DNA of 64,000 bases from an uncultured Candidatus Saccharibacteria bacterium (GTDB taxonomy: Bacteria > Patescibacteriota > Minisyncoccia > Phycocordibacterales > UBA9973): assembly GCA_964646765.1 (NCBI GenBank), contig CAZYIA010000004.1, forward strand, positions 77,887-141,886. Direction: 5' to 3'. A program made the translations under genes and the position numbers. The notes beneath the pieces are model-generated. The model saw only the letters and a list, made by a program, of their open reading frames with translations, searched no databases and had not been told where the DNA came from. How positions within the stretch are numbered: position 1 is the first letter of the stretch; every line of letters starts with the position of its first letter. Shown piece by piece: positions 1-8,093 of the stretch.

Positions 1-250
1 GCAACTCCTCGGCAAGCGAGTTTTCCACTGCCCAGGCATCGAGCAGCTTGAGTTTCGACCCGTAGGTGCGGCACAACCGGAATAGCGCGGTGCTCATCTG
101 GTTGAAGTCGCTGAGAGACTTCGGGTCGATCACATCCTGCAGCACGGTCTTGCGGCGCGCCTCGGACTGCTTGCTGCTTTCCAGGCGGCGGGCGCCCGAA
201 AGAAACGACGGCCGAACGGCCACAATTGTGACTTTCTCCAAAACTTCCAT
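1..250 (-). CDS. hypothetical protein, N-terminal part (gene runs off the window edge)
   Basis: Open frame with no stop from ~250 to position 1 on the minus strand. GGAG lies ~8 nt upstream of the ATG. Not in the supplied ORF track (edge-truncated). Coordinates approximate. Confidence 0.35.
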   Translation of the reverse strand, partial: MEVLEKVTIVAVRPSFLSGARRLESSKQSEARRKTVLQDVIDPKSLSDFNQMSTALFRLCRTYGSKLKLLDAWAVENSLAEEL

Positions 251-435
251 GAGTTTTCTCCATGCAAAGCCCGCCCCCTCACCCCGAGGGAACACGTCGA
301 CCTTGCAGTGGAGTCAGCCGCAGCGTGAATGCAGCTTTCCGTTTCGGTTCATGTCATATCGTATGAGCCGATATGACTTTGGCCGCAAAAAAAGCCCAGG
401 GACCGGAGTCGCTGGGCTTGTGTGGGTTTGCTTGC

Positions 436-562
436 GCTACCGCTTGTGGGGCGCCTTTTCCATCTTCCTGATCATGAGCTGGAGGCCGATAAAGACCAAT
501 CCAGCCGACAGGCCAGTCAGTGTCATCACCTTCAACGCGAAGTTAATGGTTTCTGCTGCCAT
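436..562 (-). CDS. small hydrophobic protein (~41 aa, single TM)
   Basis: AAGGAG 6 nt upstream of ATG. Product MAAETINFALKVMTLTGLSAGLVFIGLQLMIRKMEKAPHKR is hydrophobic with a basic tail. Below the ORF-track size cutoff; read by eye, coordinates approximate. Confidence 0.4.
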
Positions 563-594
563 GTTCATCTCCTTGATGTCTATGGTAGACGATT

Positions 595-897
595 TTACTC
601 GTCTTTTTCACAAGGCTCCTTGTCGCTGAAGAAAGCGGCCAGGGCCCAGAGGAACGAACCGGCAACAATCACCGCGATCGCCCACCAGACATCGATTCCA
701 GAGACATCGAATTTCAGGAAGCCGATGTCGCCATTGGCGCCCCGGAGCCCCAGTGCCGCAGCGCCGGAGACCAGGAGGATTTCACCCAGCTTTTTCAGCG
801 GAGCGGAAAACGCCTTGGCGACTTTCTTCAGGAAAGGGAGCCAATCCCAATTCAGCAAGCGGGTCACCCACTTGGGGACCTTCATTTTCAGTTTCAT
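595..897 (-). CDS. small membrane protein (~100 aa, 1 TM)
   Basis: Internal Met of the 595..1059 ORF is preceded by AAGGAGAG. TM segment DVWWAIAVIVAGSFLWALAAFF. Confidence 0.55.
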   Translation of the reverse strand: MKLKMKVPKWVTRLLNWDWLPFLKKVAKAFSAPLKKLGEILLVSGAAALGLRGANGDIGFLKFDVSGIDVWWAIAVIVAGSFLWALAAFFSDKEPCEKDE

Positions 898-1055
898 TTT
901 TTCTCTCCTTGCATGCAAAGCCATGCCAGACCATCCGGCATGAACGAACTTTGCCTTTCCGGAAGCGGTTGCGCTCATCTGGCATTGCGCAATGGCTGCC
1001 CTGAAGGCAAAGCGACGGGTTTCCGCGGTGGAAACCGGCAATGCGAAGGAGATGA

Positions 1056-1654
1056 GCATGGGATGGACTTACACCCACAAGCCCGCGGGCCAGAAAATTC
1101 TCGACTTTTTTGTCGACCACGGTGTGCTGCGCTGGCCGGACGACAATCCGCGCGAACACCGTGTGCTCGACACGGCTCTCGTGAACCTTACCGAGTTCTA
1201 CGTGGCCCTGGAGGTCACGGACAAGGCAAGCGGCGAGCGTTACGTCACTGCGCTGGTGATTCTGGTACGTATGACACGCGACCACCGGTACAACTTCGGG
1301 TGGAAAGACATGAGTGAGGCAATGGGTCCGTACCAGACCAACTGCCCCGAGCGCATCCTCAAGCTTCTGACGCCGACCGAGCACGAATGGGCTGCCGAGT
1401 GGCGCCAGAAATGCTGGAAGAAGATCGAGGAACGCAAGCTCGTGCCGACGCTACGGAAAGACGTCGTCCTGAACTTCCAGACGCCTATTCCATTCGCAAG
1501 CGGCAAGCAAGACAAGCTGGTGGTGACGTCTGTCAAAGGGCGCCGGGTCAGCTGCACTGATGCGGACGGCTGGGGCTGGTACCGTCTGACCCGCGACTGG
1601 ATCAACCACAAGGCAGCGATCGGCGAGCTGAGCTTTTCCAGGAGGAACGCATGA
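1056..1654 (+). CDS. hypothetical protein (conserved mobile-element protein of unknown function)
   Basis: Start MSMGWTY is preceded by AAGGAG. Codon usage consistent with neighbours. The stop overlaps the next start (ATGA). Confidence 0.7.
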
Positions 1655-2154
1655 ACAATATGATCGATGAAATCGTGGCCGCAGCACAAACGGCAGAAAA
1701 CGGCGTATTTGCGACGTTCGAGGTGTCCTGGAAGTTCGTTGCGACGATTCAGATCGAAAAAATGGATTCGACGGATCTGAACGAAGACACGCTGCGCCAA
1801 TTGCTTGGCGAACAGGTCGACGAACTGATCTCGATGGAGGATTCCTCCGATGCGATCGAGATCGAATCCCTCATCGGGATTCGCGACGATGTGACCGATT
1901 GCCTAATCGGGACTCCGCTCCGCTTACGCCACTATGCGGTGATCGGCCGAATCCCCGGCGATGACGAGGATACGTGCCGTACTTTCACAGCGACCTCGCA
2001 CGTGGAAGCCATGGAGATGTTCGCCGACGTTGTCTACGCCGAACGCAATCTGTCCGAGAAAGATCGCGAACAGATCGCCGACGAGACCGGCAGCGACCTT
2101 GGGGTTTTCATTAACCAGGTGCTCGCTTCGGACTCCACAATCGACGAGCTTTGA
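1651..2154 (+). CDS. hypothetical acidic protein
   Basis: Translationally coupled to the upstream gene. Followed by a terminator hairpin. Confidence 0.7.
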   Translation: MNNMIDEIVAAAQTAENGVFATFEVSWKFVATIQIEKMDSTDLNEDTLRQLLGEQVDELISMEDSSDAIEIESLIGIRDDVTDCLIGTPLRLRHYAVIGRIPGDDEDTCRTFTATSHVEAMEMFADVVYAERNLSEKDREQIADETGSDLGVFINQVLASDSTIDEL

Positions 2155-2232
2155 CCGCCGGCCTTCGGCGGGTTTGCCCCCCCCCTTCCCCGCGTCTGTG
2201 ATTCGCTCACGGTGGGGATTATTTTGGGTCGT
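2155..2232 (+). terminator. tandem rho-independent terminator hairpins (member of the GATTCG-loop family)
   Basis: ccgccgg-cttc-ggcgggttt, then ccccgcgtctgtgattcgctcacggtgggg plus a T-rich tail. Confidence 0.55.
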
Positions 2233-2342
2233 CCTTCCGTTGCGGCGATGTGCGCTGGGCATCTTCCAATCTGGCCTGCATCCGACCACCTTATCGGGGC
2301 CATGGACCAAATCTGAACCCGGGTTCCGTGCTGCGGCCACGG

Positions 2343-3479
2343 TCATCGCACGCCCATAAGCGACCGGATGCGGTCAAGGGCTTCGTGTGCGGCTGCGCGC
2401 GCTCCTTGCTGCACACTCGCTGCGGCAATCGCGTCGGGCGCGATCTTTTCCGTGTGCCGCCACGCCCCAAGCCGGCCGGCGCGTACGAGCTTCAGCAACT
2501 CGGCGTGCGGCACGCTCCCCGACGCGCCTACGAGCTCGCCATGGAAACCACTTGACCGCTGCCGGATACGGATCGCCTGCGCCCCTCCGTCGACGCAAAC
2601 CAGCGTGTCGACCAGCGCCTCTAACTGCTGCTCGCCGCGATGCGCGGCCGCCTGTTCAACCGCCGCGGCATCCAGCTCACGTTTCTGCCACGCGTAGTCG
2701 ACGTCCTGCCGGATCAGGTGCTGCAGGAAGCCGACCAGCATGCGTCCTCGCCGCTTCTCGATTGCCGCACGCTTTGCTTCCACGATGTCGGACAGGCGCT
2801 TGTTGGACTTGCCCGCAAGGCGCATGAGCCAGAACACCGTCCAGCATGAAAGCCCTTTCTCGATCAGACAGAAAAGCTCCCGCGGTACCGGCTTGTGCAC
2901 CGCTGGGCGGTTATGGGATTGTCTCTTCGAAGAAGATTGCTCTAACGAGTCTTCCTTAATGAGTGGCTCATTTTGAACCACAGGTGAATGGGTCTGGTCG
3001 AACAATGACTGCGGAGGCCTTGGTGCGATCTCGCGCGCCGCGCTGTCGAAGGTTCGCGCGAGCCCGGCCTGCTCGACGAATGTGGCGGCAAAACGGATCG
3101 GAGTGCCCTGGTAACGTCGGCGGCGCGCGTCGTAGCCCTGATCCTCCCGCACCAGCCAGCCGCGTTCTTCCAGAACCGCGTATGCGCGTTTCACGCTCGA
3201 GCGTGAAACGCCGGCGGCCGTCGCGATGAAGGCCTGGTTGTAGGCCGAGGGATGGATCAGCGCCGGATCCTTGAAGTTGCGCCGCGCCAGCAAGGCAATC
3301 AGGACCTCCTGGGTTGCACGGGTCATCGCGAGGAAGTCGGGCATCTGGAAAAGACGCCTGATCGCCGCCCGCAGGACGGCATCATCCGTCGCGCGCGTGG
3401 TCTCCAGTGTCTCCGAAAACCCATCCAGCGAGAGTTGACGTGGCAATACGGCGTGCACAGACATGCTTTTCTCCAACAC
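2343..3479 (-). CDS. RepA-like winged-HTH DNA-binding protein (putative replication initiator or regulator)
   Basis: HTH segment AFIATAAGVSRSSVKRAYAVLEERGWL. 378 aa. An adjacent AT-rich repeat region lies upstream. Confidence 0.55.
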   Translation of the reverse strand: MLEKSMSVHAVLPRQLSLDGFSETLETTRATDDAVLRAAIRRLFQMPDFLAMTRATQEVLIALLARRNFKDPALIHPSAYNQAFIATAAGVSRSSVKRAYAVLEERGWLVREDQGYDARRRRYQGTPIRFAATFVEQAGLARTFDSAAREIAPRPPQSLFDQTHSPVVQNEPLIKEDSLEQSSSKRQSHNRPAVHKPVPRELFCLIEKGLSCWTVFWLMRLAGKSNKRLSDIVEAKRAAIEKRRGRMLVGFLQHLIRQDVDYAWQKRELDAAAVEQAAAHRGEQQLEALVDTLVCVDGGAQAIRIRQRSSGFHGELVGASGSVPHAELLKLVRAGRLGAWRHTEKIAPDAIAAASVQQGARAAAHEALDRIRSLMGVR

Positions 3480-3539
3480 CCTGTTGGCGACCGTGCACAG
3501 CTCTCATCACCTCTCATCCCTCTATCTGACCTGGCAAAA

Positions 3540-3745
3540 CGAACTTGTTGTGGGCAACCGGAAGAAAATGCTTGACTATTTAATTCTTAACTGGTAAAAA
3601 TTAAAGTAATCACCGGTTGATCTGGTGATTCCTGGCGCCAACCAGGTATCGTGTTTTGTTCGCTTCGTAGTTCGTTTTGCTGGTTCGTTTGCCAGATCAG
3701 TGATGACGAGTTCAATTCGAGTTGACGAGTTGCTGTACACGAAAG
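3540..3745. promoter_or_regulatory. AT-rich origin/regulatory region: palindrome ATCACCGGTTGATCTGGTGAT, three GTTCG(C/T)TT direct repeats spaced ~11 bp, TTGACT-17-TAAAAA promoter-like element
   Basis: Local GC drop. Repeats read directly from the sequence. Confidence 0.4.
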
Positions 3746-3780
3746 CCCGGTTTTAACCGGGCTTTTTTTTCGCCCTCCTG
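3744..3780 (+). terminator. rho-independent terminator
   Basis: aagcccgg-tttta-accgggctt followed by TTTTTTT. Confidence 0.55.
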
Positions 3781-3842
3781 AAACCGTCCGTGCGGGACGG
3801 GCCAAAAAAAACGCACCCCTGTCCAGGTAGTGCGTGTGCTTT

Positions 3843-4229
3843 TCACCTTGCGTAGTTCGCAGTCCTTTGGGCAGCGCGAAATGCCATGCCAAGGACGATG
3901 TTCTGCAGCATCACCGCAGAGCGGTTCGCCGCTTCCTCCCGGGCCCTTTCTTCCAGCCGGCGCCGCAGGCTCGGGGAGAGCGCGGCCGGATCCGCCAATG
4001 CCAGGGCCCGGGAGCGTTTCTCGGCGCGCAGAAGGCGCCAGTGATTGCGCGTGGCGTTCTCCACTTCCGCGCGCTCGACGCGTCCCTGTCGTTCCAGCGA
4101 CGCGAGGATTCCGCCTATCTCATGAGCCGCTAACCCTGTCGTCTCGCGTATCTCGCCGATTGTCGTCGTGCGCCCTGTACACATGCGCATGGCTTCAATT
4201 ACCCGGTTGGTCTTGTTCAGTTTCCCCAT
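3843..4229 (-). CDS. DNA-binding protein (wHTH-like), hypothetical
   Basis: 128 aa. Arg-rich C-terminus, IGEIRETTGLAAHEIGGILASLERQGRV HTH-like segment. Confidence 0.55.
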   Translation of the reverse strand: MGKLNKTNRVIEAMRMCTGRTTTIGEIRETTGLAAHEIGGILASLERQGRVERAEVENATRNHWRLLRAEKRSRALALADPAALSPSLRRRLEERAREEAANRSAVMLQNIVLGMAFRAAQRTANYAR

Positions 4230-4498
4230 CGTCTTGCTCCTCCGTCGAATCGATTCCGTTGGTCAAAAAGTGTCGAGGTCATTTACAGCAGTCCGAGGGT
4301 CCGTGGTCATCGTGCACAACGCACACGGTGACGTGGATGCCTTTATAATCCGTGTTGCGTGGTTGTGCAAGTGCTTTTATTCTTGCTCGCGTTGCCGTGG
4401 ATGTGCTGCGCACATCACCGGTCGGGCAACGGCTGGCTCCAGGGCAAGGTGAGCCTGGTGCCCGCGGTGGGGACCGGCCTTGTTTTAAGGAGCAAGTG

Positions 4499-5050
4499 AT
4501 GAACATCAAGACCGTTTTGGCGGCGGCAAGTCGTCTGGCCGCGCGCTTGTTTGGCACGTCGGCTTCGGCAGGCTGGCTGTGGGTCGGCGACGACGATGCG
4601 TCAGTACTGTTCGAGAAGAAGTTCGAGCACGACGAGTTCTTCGTCGTGGCCCGGCTTGCCATCGACGAGGACAGCGGGGTTGACGCACGGTTTTCCGACG
4701 TATGGAAGCCGGGTGCGATGTTGCTGCCCAAGCGATGGAAGGAGCACCTGTCGCGGGACATCCAGTGGTACGTCCCGCGTCAAGGCCTGAAAGCATCCTG
4801 GGTTCTCCAGGACCACATGCAGAGCGACATTCAGGTCGCGCTGGGCGAACGCCCGCTATACCGCCTCGACGTGGAGATCTGGTTCGGCAACGAGTGCCTG
4901 ATCATCCGCGGCAACCAGGGGCTGGTGCTCAATCTCGACGACTACAACTTTGTCGAGGTCGAGGAGATCACTGCTTCGCTCGCCGAGGAAGCAGTGGCGG
5001 CAACCCGCAGAACCAGGCTTTACGAAGATATGGTTCTCGGGATGTGCTGA
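4499..5050 (+). CDS. hypothetical protein
   Basis: Start MNIKTV is preceded by AAGGAG. Followed by a terminator. Confidence 0.65.
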   Translation: MNIKTVLAAASRLAARLFGTSASAGWLWVGDDDASVLFEKKFEHDEFFVVARLAIDEDSGVDARFSDVWKPGAMLLPKRWKEHLSRDIQWYVPRQGLKASWVLQDHMQSDIQVALGERPLYRLDVEIWFGNECLIIRGNQGLVLNLDDYNFVEVEEITASLAEEAVAATRRTRLYEDMVLGMC

Positions 5051-5098
5051 TTTCCCCAAACCCGCGTCAGTGATTCGTTCACGGCGGGTTTTTCTTTG
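5050..5098 (+). terminator. rho-independent terminator (CCCCAAACCCGCGTCAGTGATTCGTTCACGGCGGGTTTTTCTTTGTG)
   Basis: Stem-loop plus T tract. Closely related to the 2195-2232 hairpin. Confidence 0.6.
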
Positions 5099-5187
5099 TG
5101 CGCAAAACCGCATCGACGCACAGGCTGTCTTTGTTGCAAGGGTCGGAGGCGTTCGTTGTGAATGCTGCCTTTGCAAGGAGAATCAAG

Positions 5188-5847
5188 ATGCATCAACATG
5201 CCACCCAGAGTCCGGAAGCCACTCTGAAATACTCCAAGGCGGTCATTTTCGTGCCGCGGGAGGGCTCGATGCTCGATCACCAGATCGCGCCAGCCAGCGG
5301 TATCGTTGGCGTCATGAATGGCGGGCAGTTGGTCCTGTATTTCGAGGGTAACCTGTTTCAGTCGAGCAGCCTTGCCCGCCCTGAAGATCGTGTGTGCTGT
5401 GCCTTTGGGCGTGCCAGTGTCGGTTATCCAACAATCGCCAAGCGTGGCGTGGCTCCGGAAGAATACGTCGACCTGATCCGCGTCGGCGAGGTGCATTGGC
5501 CCAACGAGATTCGCTGGGACAGCCCGGGCAGCGCCCTGGTATTCCAGGAATACATGGCACGCCAGCAGACGCAAGGCGCCCTGTCCGGTTTGCATGTCAT
5601 GGAAGCGGACATGACGGAGCTGCTGGAGTCGTACGAAGATCCCAGGACACGCGAGGAATGGCGCTGGATCGAGGCCATGGCGAGCTTCAATCATGTTGCC
5701 AATGACGTGACCCCCGGCGTGTTCGAGTTCCTGGTGCGTGTGCGGGAAGCGGACGAGTATGAGGCCCCGCCTCCGCTCGCGGTTTGCGGCGTGCTCGATG
5801 CCGCACGCGCCCAGGGCATTGAATGGGTGATGTTCTATCAGGGCTGA
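5188..5847 (+). CDS. hypothetical protein
   Basis: Start MHQHATQ is preceded by GGAG. Own terminator downstream. Confidence 0.6.
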   Translation: MHQHATQSPEATLKYSKAVIFVPREGSMLDHQIAPASGIVGVMNGGQLVLYFEGNLFQSSSLARPEDRVCCAFGRASVGYPTIAKRGVAPEEYVDLIRVGEVHWPNEIRWDSPGSALVFQEYMARQQTQGALSGLHVMEADMTELLESYEDPRTREEWRWIEAMASFNHVANDVTPGVFEFLVRVREADEYEAPPPLAVCGVLDAARAQGIEWVMFYQG

Positions 5848-5857
5848 TCGCTAGCAC

Positions 5858-5900
5858 GGCAGCCGCCCCCCCAACCCCGCGCAGATTCGTCTGCCGGGGC
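5858..5900 (+). terminator. rho-independent terminator (CCCCCAACCCCGCGCAGATTCGTCTGCCGGGGCTTTTTTG)
   Basis: Hairpin plus T6. Confidence 0.6.
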
Positions 5901-6010
5901 TTTTTTGTGTGCGCGGAAACCCGTACTGACGCTACGGCTGACATGCGGACAACGGACAGCTTTTCGCGGTGAAAAGCGCGTTGACTCTGAGTGCACAAGG
6001 AGGCAACAAC

Positions 6011-7387
6011 ATGGAGATCAAGAAAATCTCCGAGCTGTTCGGCGTGGCCGCGCCGGACACCGCTCAAATCGAAGTGAACGAACCTTCGTTCGAAACGCCG
6101 GAAATAGACTCGGCGTACTCGTTTAACGAGGACCAGATCCGGCGTTTGCAGACCTGGTGGCGGGGCAAGGTGAAAAAGTCGATCTTCCTCACCGGGCCCA
6201 CCGGATGCGGGAAGACCACGCTGATCGAGCAGTTCGCCGCGCGCATCGGAGCCGATTTCTTTCTGGTTCCCTGCCACGGCAAGCTCGACATGGCCGAATT
6301 GCTCGGCAGCAAGGGCATCGCCAAGGATGGTTCGACGTTTTTCGAGCACGGTATCGGGGTGCGCGCCATGCGGCACCAGCGCCCGTGCATCCTGGCCATG
6401 GACGAGATGAACTTCGTCCCACCGGGCTCGATCGGCCTTCTCAACCGGATTACCGAGCTGAAAAGCTTTTCGATTCCGGAAACAGGAGAGGTGATCACGC
6501 CCATGCCCTGGGTCCGCATTGCGGCAACCGGTAACGCGGTCGAACGTGGTGACGATGCAGTTCGTTACCGCGGTACGCAGGCCATGAACGTCGCCCTGCT
6601 GAACCGGTTTCTCGGTATGCGGATGAACTACATGGAGGCGACATCGGAAGCTGCGATGTTGAATACGGCGATTCCTGGCCTGCACCCCAGGCTGATCGAG
6701 CGTCTGGTCGAGCTCGCCAATGAGGTGCGGAACGGATTTGCCCAGGGCACGCTGGAAGTCGTCATGTCCACCCGGACCCTGCTCGACATGGCCCAGGCCT
6801 TGTTCGACCGGAAGGCGCTTGTGGCGAAAAATCCAGTCGAAGAGGTCAACTGGGCGATGGAGTTCTGCCTGACCGACCTCGCGCGGCCGGAAGACCGCGA
6901 TGTGGTTGCACGGCTGGTTCAGGACAAGTTTCACGGCCTGAAGCTGTCCCCGGCAACCGCAACGGCGTCGCCAAAGCCGAAGACGTTCTCGTCGGCGCCT
7001 GTCGACCAGTCGAATGCCGAGATCAGCTTCTGGATTCATCCGAACCGTGGAGCCAAGGGTGCGGCATTCTGGGGATACGTCGAAAGCGACGGCGTATGTC
7101 GGTCCGTCAATGGCAACATTGACGAAGCAGCCCCGCGAGACGGCGAAATTCGCGACATGAAGTGGATCGCTGACCGCGCCAGGGACAAGGAAGCCAAGGG
7201 TTACACCAGGGTGTCAGCCCCTTGTCCGATTCTCCTGCCAACCGGCTCGAGTTCCTCGCAAAGCGAGGTCATCGATGCAGTCAGGGCTGTCGTTGAACTT
7301 GTGAGGGATTACAGGGACAACAAGCCCGTGCAAGTCCCGGGAAACCTGCAGGCCTTCATTGTCGAGGCCATGACAGCGTTCTCCTGA
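6011..7387 (+). CDS. AAA+ ATPase, MoxR/CbbQ/CobS-like (AAA_5) with C-terminal extension
   Basis: Walker A LTGPTGCGKTT, Walker B ILAMDEMNF. RBS AGGAGG. Confidence 0.85.
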   Translation: MEIKKISELFGVAAPDTAQIEVNEPSFETPEIDSAYSFNEDQIRRLQTWWRGKVKKSIFLTGPTGCGKTTLIEQFAARIGADFFLVPCHGKLDMAELLGSKGIAKDGSTFFEHGIGVRAMRHQRPCILAMDEMNFVPPGSIGLLNRITELKSFSIPETGEVITPMPWVRIAATGNAVERGDDAVRYRGTQAMNVALLNRFLGMRMNYMEATSEAAMLNTAIPGLHPRLIERLVELANEVRNGFAQGTLEVVMSTRTLLDMAQALFDRKALVAKNPVEEVNWAMEFCLTDLARPEDRDVVARLVQDKFHGLKLSPATATASPKPKTFSSAPVDQSNAEISFWIHPNRGAKGAAFWGYVESDGVCRSVNGNIDEAAPRDGEIRDMKWIADRARDKEAKGYTRVSAPCPILLPTGSSSSQSEVIDAVRAVVELVRDYRDNKPVQVPGNLQAFIVEAMTAFS

Positions 7388-7391
7388 TTTT

Positions 7392-7435
7392 CCTCCCCCC
7401 AACCCCGCATGGATTCGTCCGGCGGGGTTTTCTTT
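7392..7435 (+). terminator. rho-independent terminator (CCCCCAACCCCGCATGGATTCGTCCGGCGGGGTTTTCTTTG)
   Basis: Hairpin plus T tract. Confidence 0.6.
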
Positions 7436-7522
7436 GTTGGGAATCCTCGGTTGCGCATCGGCTTATCCAGGAACAAGGAGCGCTTCCCGTGGTGGGAACC
7501 CTTGTCTGAAAAGGAGCAAATC

Positions 7523-7972
7523 ATGCAGGAACAACAGTCGATCAAAGTCTTCGTCCTCTGCCGGGACGCCAACGGCGCACCGGATCTGGTGACCTATCAA
7601 ATCGCGGCCACGGCCGACGAGATAGGCAACGGCGCGCACTACGAGATGGCCATTGCCCGCGCGGAAAACGACGCCTACGAGAGCCCATTCGAGGCGTTCG
7701 ACGAGCACGATCCCGCGGCGCGCAGGATTGTCCGGGTTGAGCCCGAAGAGCCTGAAGTCTCTCATTACCTGCTCATCATGGTTGGCGACGTCGAGCCCGA
7801 GTTGTCCGGGCCTTACCCGCACGCCGAGGCCGTGCTGGAGGCAGCACGACGTCAGCGCGACGGCGACCCGGACATGGAAAACGGTCTGTTCAGGCTGACC
7901 GTCCGTAATGGACAGCCCGAAGTCGCCGCCTTCAGCGGCATGGATCTCGAACTGGACGAGTTCGCGCCTTAA
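7523..7972 (+). CDS. hypothetical acidic protein (150 aa)
   Basis: AAGGAG upstream of MQEQQSI. Own terminator. Confidence 0.6.
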   Translation: MQEQQSIKVFVLCRDANGAPDLVTYQIAATADEIGNGAHYEMAIARAENDAYESPFEAFDEHDPAARRIVRVEPEEPEVSHYLLIMVGDVEPELSGPYPHAEAVLEAARRQRDGDPDMENGLFRLTVRNGQPEVAAFSGMDLELDEFAP

Positions 7973-7974
7973 CC

Positions 7975-8030
7975 CCTCCCTACCCGGTTCATTCCTTCGG
8001 AATGGCCGGGTTTTTCAATGCCAGGTATTT
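7975..8030 (+). terminator. rho-independent terminator
   Basis: cccggttcattccttcggaatggccggg plus T5. Confidence 0.55.
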
Positions 8031-8039
8031 GTTGTACCG

Positions 8040-8092
8040 TGCTCGGCCAAAAAAAATCCACCACGGCCGAAGCGCATGGTGGATTGGGGAAC
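8040..8092 (-). terminator. rho-independent terminator for the vWA gene
   Basis: A-tract, tccaccac...gtggtgga stem, TTGGGG. Reads stem plus T-run on the minus strand. Confidence 0.5.
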
Positions 8093-8093
8093 G

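Noticed and set aside
66-1384. ORFs 66..629+, 422..943+, 753..1004+, 782..1384-
   Set aside because: They overlap, in antisense or alternate frames, the RBS-supported small membrane genes and the 1056..1654 gene, with no start signals. Likely spurious.
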